DNA of 63,632 nt, filler included, from Choristocarpus tenellus KU-1152 (lineage: Eukaryota > Protista > Phaeophyceae): NCBI GenBank assembly GCA_964200185.2. It is 11 parts of 11 records of this genome, joined end to end, with 100 filler letters (N's around TTAATTAATTAA, not from the genome) between each part and the next. Parts side by side here need not be neighbours in the genome. Positions count along the whole stretch, not along the records: positions 53,320 to 60,905 come from CAXNAD020005927.1; positions 61,006 to 63,632 come from CAXNAD020026157.1; 9 more parts are not named here. One strand, 5' to 3'. The notes under the pieces were generated by a model. It was given only the letters and a program-made list of their open reading frames with translations, searched no databases and was not told the origin of the DNA. The number at the start of each line of letters is the position of its first letter. Within the stretch, counting starts at the first letter, position 1. Made by a program: the position numbers and the translations under genes. Shown here piece after piece: positions 58,198 through 63,632 of the stretch.

Positions 58198-59213
58198 CAG
58201 TGGATCTACCTATACAAGAGAGGTCGATATAAGAGAAAACGGGATATAGGAGAGGGTAAATCGCATTGTCACGACTTTTCAGGCTATAAGAGAGGTTTTG
58301 ACCTTTCCCTGTCAATTCTCTCTAATATCGAGCTAACTAGCATTTTTTTTCACTATTTACTTCACGAAGGGGTTTCACAAAAAGCCATGTCTAAATATTA
58401 GCAAAATATAACAAAGGCACAAACGTGCTCGAGACTAGCAGTACACCGCATAGCAGTCTTTTGTCTCTAGTACTATCTCCAGAAAGAAAAGCTGGCTTGG
58501 GTCTGCACAACCGAGGCAAGGGCAATCAAACTAGCAGATAACCCCGATTTTTTTTCAGTCACGATTTTTTATTAGCGAATAAGTTGTTTACTCAGTGTGT
58601 GCGATAGGAGGTGCATGGTGGTGCAGCTGCGTTTGATCCACGGTGGTGTTTTGATACCGTACTGTATAATATCCTTGTAGAGTGCAATTGAAAATGCATG
58701 ACAGGGCATCGGAGGGAGATTGGCTTTGAACGTTGATTTGATTTGAACTGTGGGTCGTCTGTCCAACCATCCAACAGCTTGCGGATGATTTTCTAGGGAA
58801 AGTGTATTATACATATGAGTGAATATATCACAATGAGTGTAATTTACCAAAGTTACAGTACTGTATACATATGACACTGGTATACTGTGCAGGGGTGGTG
58901 AAGATGTGGTACTTGCTGTACCACCACAGCTCCATCGAAATGGGCTCACCGAGGGCAATGTTCAATACATATCTACATGCAACTACTCTAGAAGGCACAT
59001 GGGAAGCACATACAGCAAAGACGTCGCTCTGTAGTCGTTCGGGGACAAGTATAAAGTGTCTACGAGCACTGTTGCTCGGTATAACATAGGTTTCTCTTAT
59101 CACGATCCCTCGGTTTAATAGAAAAGTGCTCATATATACAATAAGAGAGGATCGGGATATAAGAGAGGATTTTCGCTTGTCCCTACCCTCTCTTATATAG
59201 CTACACCCACTAT
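58198..59213. repeat. Two degenerate copies of a TATAAGAGAGG-rich, MITE-like repeat (about 58198-58340 and 59135-59213)
   Basis: Shared CGGGATATA.GAGAGG motifs, inverted CTCTCTTATAT, CAGTGG/CCACT-like ends. Confidence 0.4.
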
Positions 59214-60197
59214 AATAGTGAAATCAACAGAATCATTTTTCCAAAAAGATACCATTTAGGGATGAAAGACCCTTTCCAATTCTTAGAAAAATCTTTGTCC
59301 ACTGTATTCATTGTTTACTGTTATGAATCGTGCAATTATGTGGGGGCGTGGTTCACTTTGGTTATATCATCCTTCCACTTCCAAACACAAACAGCGTTAC
59401 TTGCCGGACCTCCTAACACTTTATCCGTAGGTCCCTAATCCGTCACAATTTGTGTTGAGACGGCTGCGTCCTTGAAGGTGCGCTGACACGAAAATCAAGC
59501 ATCCTAGTCGCAGACATCTCAAACTGGTGATTTCGAACCCAGAAATTGCTTCAACAATGTCACTTTTGTAAATTGACCAGTGTGTGGAGACAGGGTTGTT
59601 GTAGGTGGGTCGTCAACCATAGACTTTGAGGACAATGTAGGTGACCCATCCACCGATCCGAGACGTGGTGTGGTTGGGTTTGCCATTCACCTTGGATCCG
59701 ATGGAGATATCTGGAACCAGTTGTGAAATGTTGCAATTATGGGTTCGTTGCAAGCGAGATATTTAATTTTCACATCTATATCACAAAACGTTCAAACTAA
59801 GTTAACATCAGTACCAATAGTGGCGAAAGGGTTTTGTTTTCTACTTTTTAACAAATCGTTCGATTCATTTATGTTATATAAGCCAACTACAAACCACCTC
59901 CAAAACACTTCCAATTTGTGGACTTTAAAATGTACTCAGATTTATTATTATAGATGTGGTAATCTTTTCCCCTTTAGTATGTCACGTTTGTTCCTACATT
60001 TTCCAGGTATTTGTGTGAAAACCTCCAAAAAAGGTGTGTGTGTCTGCGTATGTTGTATTGTTCGGGGGGAAATGAGTAACATAATACCACTCCACAAACC
60101 TCCATTTTCTTAACATAATTTGAGAATATTTCTCGTAACAGGTCTCTAGAATATGGTGAGGGAAAAAGTCAAACTGATAGGACAAGGACCCCTGTAA

Positions 60198-60905
60198 GGC
60201 CATCTCCTATACGCACGTTTTTACCCCCGTTTCATTTTGCTTTTTCCCTTTTGGGGACATTTCGAAACGGAAAATCGTGACAAATGACAATTATACGGCA
60301 ATTTTGAGGCATTTCTGAACGAAATAAAACTGAACAGAGGATCGATGTGACCATTCTTGACCAATTTTCAAGGCAAATCTGAACGGAATTCTTGGTGTTT
60401 TGATTTGCCCTCTGTTGTTGTTCATAGCAATGTACTTGGGTCTACAGAGTTATTACCCNNNNNNNNNNCAAAATGGATGAAGAGAGTGAGAGAGACCGAA
60501 TGTCATCGTCCTCAGATTCATCATCCTCAAGTTCATCGTCTATTGATGAATCTACCTTTATGTTGGAGGCGTCATCTAGGATAAACTCAACCGGGATATT
60601 GCTAATCTCCGCTTTGATGGACAAGGTGGATGAGGAGGAAGAACGTCCATTATTTCGCAGGTTTCGCATCCCCCAAGACCGGCCCGTTTACATGGCGAGC
60701 TCGTGGGGGGTTATGCTGGGGAGAGAGGAAGGTCTGAGAGACGTCATTTCACAGCTGGCGCTGAAGTTCAGGAGGTGGTTCCAAGTCCAATTTGTTTTCT
60801 TTGAGGATTTAGTAAAGGAGGTAGAAAGGCAGGGGTGGCTTGGTTGTCGAACTGCAGATGCCACTGGACACCCTGGCATACCTGTGAAGCTGAAGGTGAG
60901 CATAC
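60198..60905 (+). mobile_element. PIF/Harbinger-type transposon, left part
   Basis: TAA|GGCCATCTCC putative terminus followed by a transposase exon. Confidence 0.65.
60473..60895 (+). CDS. Harbinger-like (Plant_tran-type) transposase, first exon
   Basis: RPVYMASSWGVML..FRRWFQVQFVFFEDLV..W..DATGHPGIPVKLK resembles FRRRFR..F / DA-x-GR..K; AAG|GTGAGC donor; cut by contig end. Confidence 0.68.
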
Positions 60906-61005
60906 NNNNNNNNNNNNNNNNNNNNNNNNNNNNNNNNNNNNNNNNNNNNTTAATTAATTAANNNNNNNNNNNNNNNNNNNNNNNNNNNNNNNNNNNNNNN
61001 NNNNN
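60906..61005. other. Artificial contig linker
   Basis: N44-TTAATTAATTAA-N44. Confidence 0.98.
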
Positions 61006-61061
61006 ATGAAAAAATCGACCCCAAATGGACAGCCTCCACCCCCTCCCAGATACTTTGAGCC
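61006..61061 (-). mobile_element. MITE family A left end at contig start
   Basis: CCCCAAATGGACAGCC..CAGATACTTTGAGCC. Confidence 0.85.
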
Positions 61062-61120
61062 TTTGTCAGTACTACCAGAAGGAGGATTCAGTCGACAGAG
61101 TCATTTGATATCTGCAGGTC

Positions 61121-61377
61121 GAGTAAAAGTATCTTAGACGGTACGAGCTTTGCCCTGTTTGTCCATTTGGGGCTTAACCTCCCATGTTTTTTTTGTGACA
61201 TTTTCCTACTCAAAAATATTTTGGAGTAGATAAAGTGTGTATGTTATGAAAAGGTGTCTCTGGAAGAAGGATATTGACACTTCCAAACAAACACAATAGT
61301 CAAAATCTCATCAAAATCGCAACTTTAGATTTTAGTCCCCAAATGGACGCGGCCTACCCTCTAAGATACTTTGGTTC
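61121..61377 (-). mobile_element. MITE family B, full copy with 4-bp TSD GGTC
   Basis: GGTC|GAGTAAAAGTATCTTAG...CTAAGATACTTTGGTTC|GGTC. Confidence 0.92.
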
Positions 61378-61779
61378 GGTCAATAAAGCACATTTACAAG
61401 GGGGTGCTTTTCAATCATCCAAGCTCTGGCAAGAGATGTGCCACAAACATAATATAATTGGTTGAATTCATAATGTTCCTCAGGTAATGCTCCCTCCCGC
61501 TTAACATAGGCTCCCAAGTATAATGCAACAACTTCTAAAAGCACTTTGAGTCAAAGTCATCGAGAGGGAGGTATCACTGAGTTTTAAGGCTCCCTCTGAC
61601 TTTGTAGTGGCACATGCTTCTGGAACACACAGTTAACAGGTATGGAGTGTGTTTTGGCTGCTCTGTGGGTGAGTATATCCAGTTTGCGGAAGCAAGCTAT
61701 CAGTTTAGACACCCTTTCTCAAATTAATTTAGACGATGAAGTTGAAAGGCCTCTTGACAGTAAAAACCCCCCATAAGAC

Positions 61780-62190
61780 TCCCTCATATTTTGATCACTT
61801 TGACTCCTTATGACAGTATATTCCACCAGCGAAATACCTCCGTGGCACCCCACTTTCAGCACTGTCCTTACTGTGAAAAGATTTGATGACTGCAACTTTC
61901 CATCTCTGTGGTGCATCGTACGACTCCCACCCAGCACGTACAATGTTATAGAGGACCTGTGCAAGAAGGGGGTCCCCATCAAGCCCCAAATTTTGGAGTT
62001 CTATGTGGCGAGCTTTTAGGCCCCACAACCTTTCTGTATGTTTGCCAAAGGATGTATGGAGCTTTTCACTTCTCCTATTAGGGTCATCAGTGCATGGGAC
62101 GGAAGGGAGTAATGGTTCAAGGGAGTGGATGATAGTGGAGTTGAGTTTGACGGAAATGATATTCAGTGTGAAGACTATAAATTGCTCAAG
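61780..62190 (-). mobile_element. LINE (RTE-like) ORF2 remnant, pre-RT region
   Basis: TLNIISVKLNSTIIHSL..IELQNLGLDGDPLL..W..PQRWKVAVIK and frameshifted GISLV (P-x-x-WK-x-A-x-I..NYRGISL). Confidence 0.75.
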
Positions 62191-62278
62191 ATTAGGTCCT
62201 ATTTTATTGTTGTAGAAGTTTGCCAACTTCCATGAGTAATTTCATAATTTATGAAAAGGGAGTGATACGTCGTCATTA

Positions 62279-62351
62279 GGGGTGATGGTGAAGGGGCTAA
62301 CACGTTTCGCTTGCACCGAAAAGATCGGGGGTTCAAATCCCCCTCACTCCA
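62279..62351 (+). tRNA. trnA-UGC: tRNA-Ala(UGC)
   Basis: Full cloverleaf: acceptor GGGGTGA/TCACTCC with G3:U70, D stem GTG/CAC, anticodon stem TTTCG/CGAAA with TGC at 62312-62314, T arm GGGGG-TTCAAAT-CCCCC, discriminator A, T-run terminator after. Confidence 0.96.
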
Positions 62352-63029
62352 TTTGTTTTTCGCCATCTTGTTACTGTTGTTAACCTGAACTGATTATCCT
62401 GTTTCGAAATGGTGGTCAACTTCAGTTCTTTTTCGGTTTAGGGAGAATTCGGAATTTGGAATTTGGAATCTGATGTAGATTAATTTATTTTTACCTTCAC
62501 TTTACTTCAAGGACTATTTTGTTTTGCTCACGAATTCTGTATTATTATTATTATTTGCTCATTCCTAGTTTGCCCTTCCTCTATTCTCTATTCCCCATTT
62601 GATTGCCAGCCATCCCTCACACCTGATGACCAACCAGTGCGAATGCCCTTCGTCACTGATTGCAGTCACCCCTACCTTTCAGCCCCACACAGGTTACCAC
62701 ACCACTCAACACTACTCCACAATCATCCAAGAACACCCCTTCATGATCAACTTCAAACCGTGCCTTTGAGCTAGAAGAGATCTACCCCGCCAGAATTGAC
62801 CTCCCCTCCCCTTCGGGGTTGATTTCTTTCTAGCTCATCCCCTTACCTCCTACCCTGGTTATACGCGATCCTTCCTACACTCTGCCAGGCCCTTTGACAC
62901 CAACACTGGGTCGCTCTGGTTATCCCTTACATATCCCATAAAGGCCCTCGACTTCCATTTTTCCTCCCTCTGTAATACCAATTCTGATACCCCCATGTTA
63001 GCCAATCTCGTGGCTCCCCCTATCCTCCC

Positions 63030-63632
63030 TGGATGCAAGGCATACTCCTCGGGTTTTAACTTACGTTCCTTTTGACCCTGTAAATGTTACCTCTACTTTC
63101 TCTGCCTGATGTCTATCCTTCCACCTTAATCTTTCTACTCTCCTCCTCTATACTATGTCCCTCCTTACTGCAAAATCTCCATGCACTCCTCCCCCTTCAT
63201 CATAGGCCCGCAATTCTGAATCTCTGACTAGAAAGAAGAACGAGAAACCCAAACCTAGCCTTGTCAGTGTACCTTCCCTACCTAGCATTTCAGTGCCTTT
63301 CTTTTTCTCTACATTCATTCTCCATGTTAGGGGTCTCCTCTTACTGGGCTCGCTCCCTACTTTTGTAGGGCTCCTCCCTATTCCTTTGAGCACCGATTGG
63401 ATCATGAAATGTTGTGTGGGGAGTTTGAAGTTGATGAAATGTTTATGGTCGCATTGGATTGCTGGTATAACTGTACTTACTTGGTCCCCTCTACTTCCGC
63501 AATCAAAACACATAAACTCTGCTAGGGCCTTCACTACATCTATCTCTCGACTCCCAGGGTCTAACCACCTACTCAATCCTCTATATGTATGGAACTCAGA
63601 CCATTGGTCCCAAGCTGCCTCATAACACTCCT
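63030..63632 (-). mobile_element. DIRS/Ngaro-type tyrosine recombinase, degenerate and partial
   Basis: YEAAWDQWSEF..VLKGIGR..RRPLTW..LGLGFSFFFLVRDSEL (catalytic R box)..VEVTFTGSK; stops downstream. Confidence 0.8.

Noticed and set aside
59420-59720. Minus-strand frame with a single in-frame TGA, possible selenoprotein
   Set aside because: No redox motif, SECIS or family similarity recognisable

Overview
Eukaryotic, intron-rich DNA. The window is 11 unlinked contigs joined by ten artificial 100-bp linkers (N44-TTAATTAATTAA-N44), so gene neighbourhood across linkers means nothing. Protein and transposon motifs suggest a stramenopile, possibly a brown alga (inference, no search run). Genes reconstructed by hand from splice sites and reading frame: a complete 18-exon ER Hsp90 (GRP94/endoplasmin, about 784 aa, ending QDEL, with one probable GC-AG intron); a partial cNMP-binding protein whose kinase domain lacks every canonical catalytic residue; a partial soluble-adenylate-cyclase-like STAND ATPase region; a partial CCoAOMT-like O-methyltransferase; partial NSD-type PHD fingers; and one intact tRNA-Ala(UGC). 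The rest is largely mobile DNA: three related, often nested MITE families with a shared terminal core and 4-bp TSDs (Sola2-like), plus remnants of CRE-like and RTE-like non-LTR elements, a Gypsy integrase, DIRS-type RNase H and tyrosine recombinase, a Mariner transposase and a Harbinger element. I found no complete new multi-gene system. The best leads are many short interstitial TTAGGG tracts that appear to have been written into pre-existing sequence, the cNMP-linked pseudokinase, the nested Sola2-like MITEs, unusual splice acceptors, and a candidate C/D snoRNA inside the GC-AG intron.
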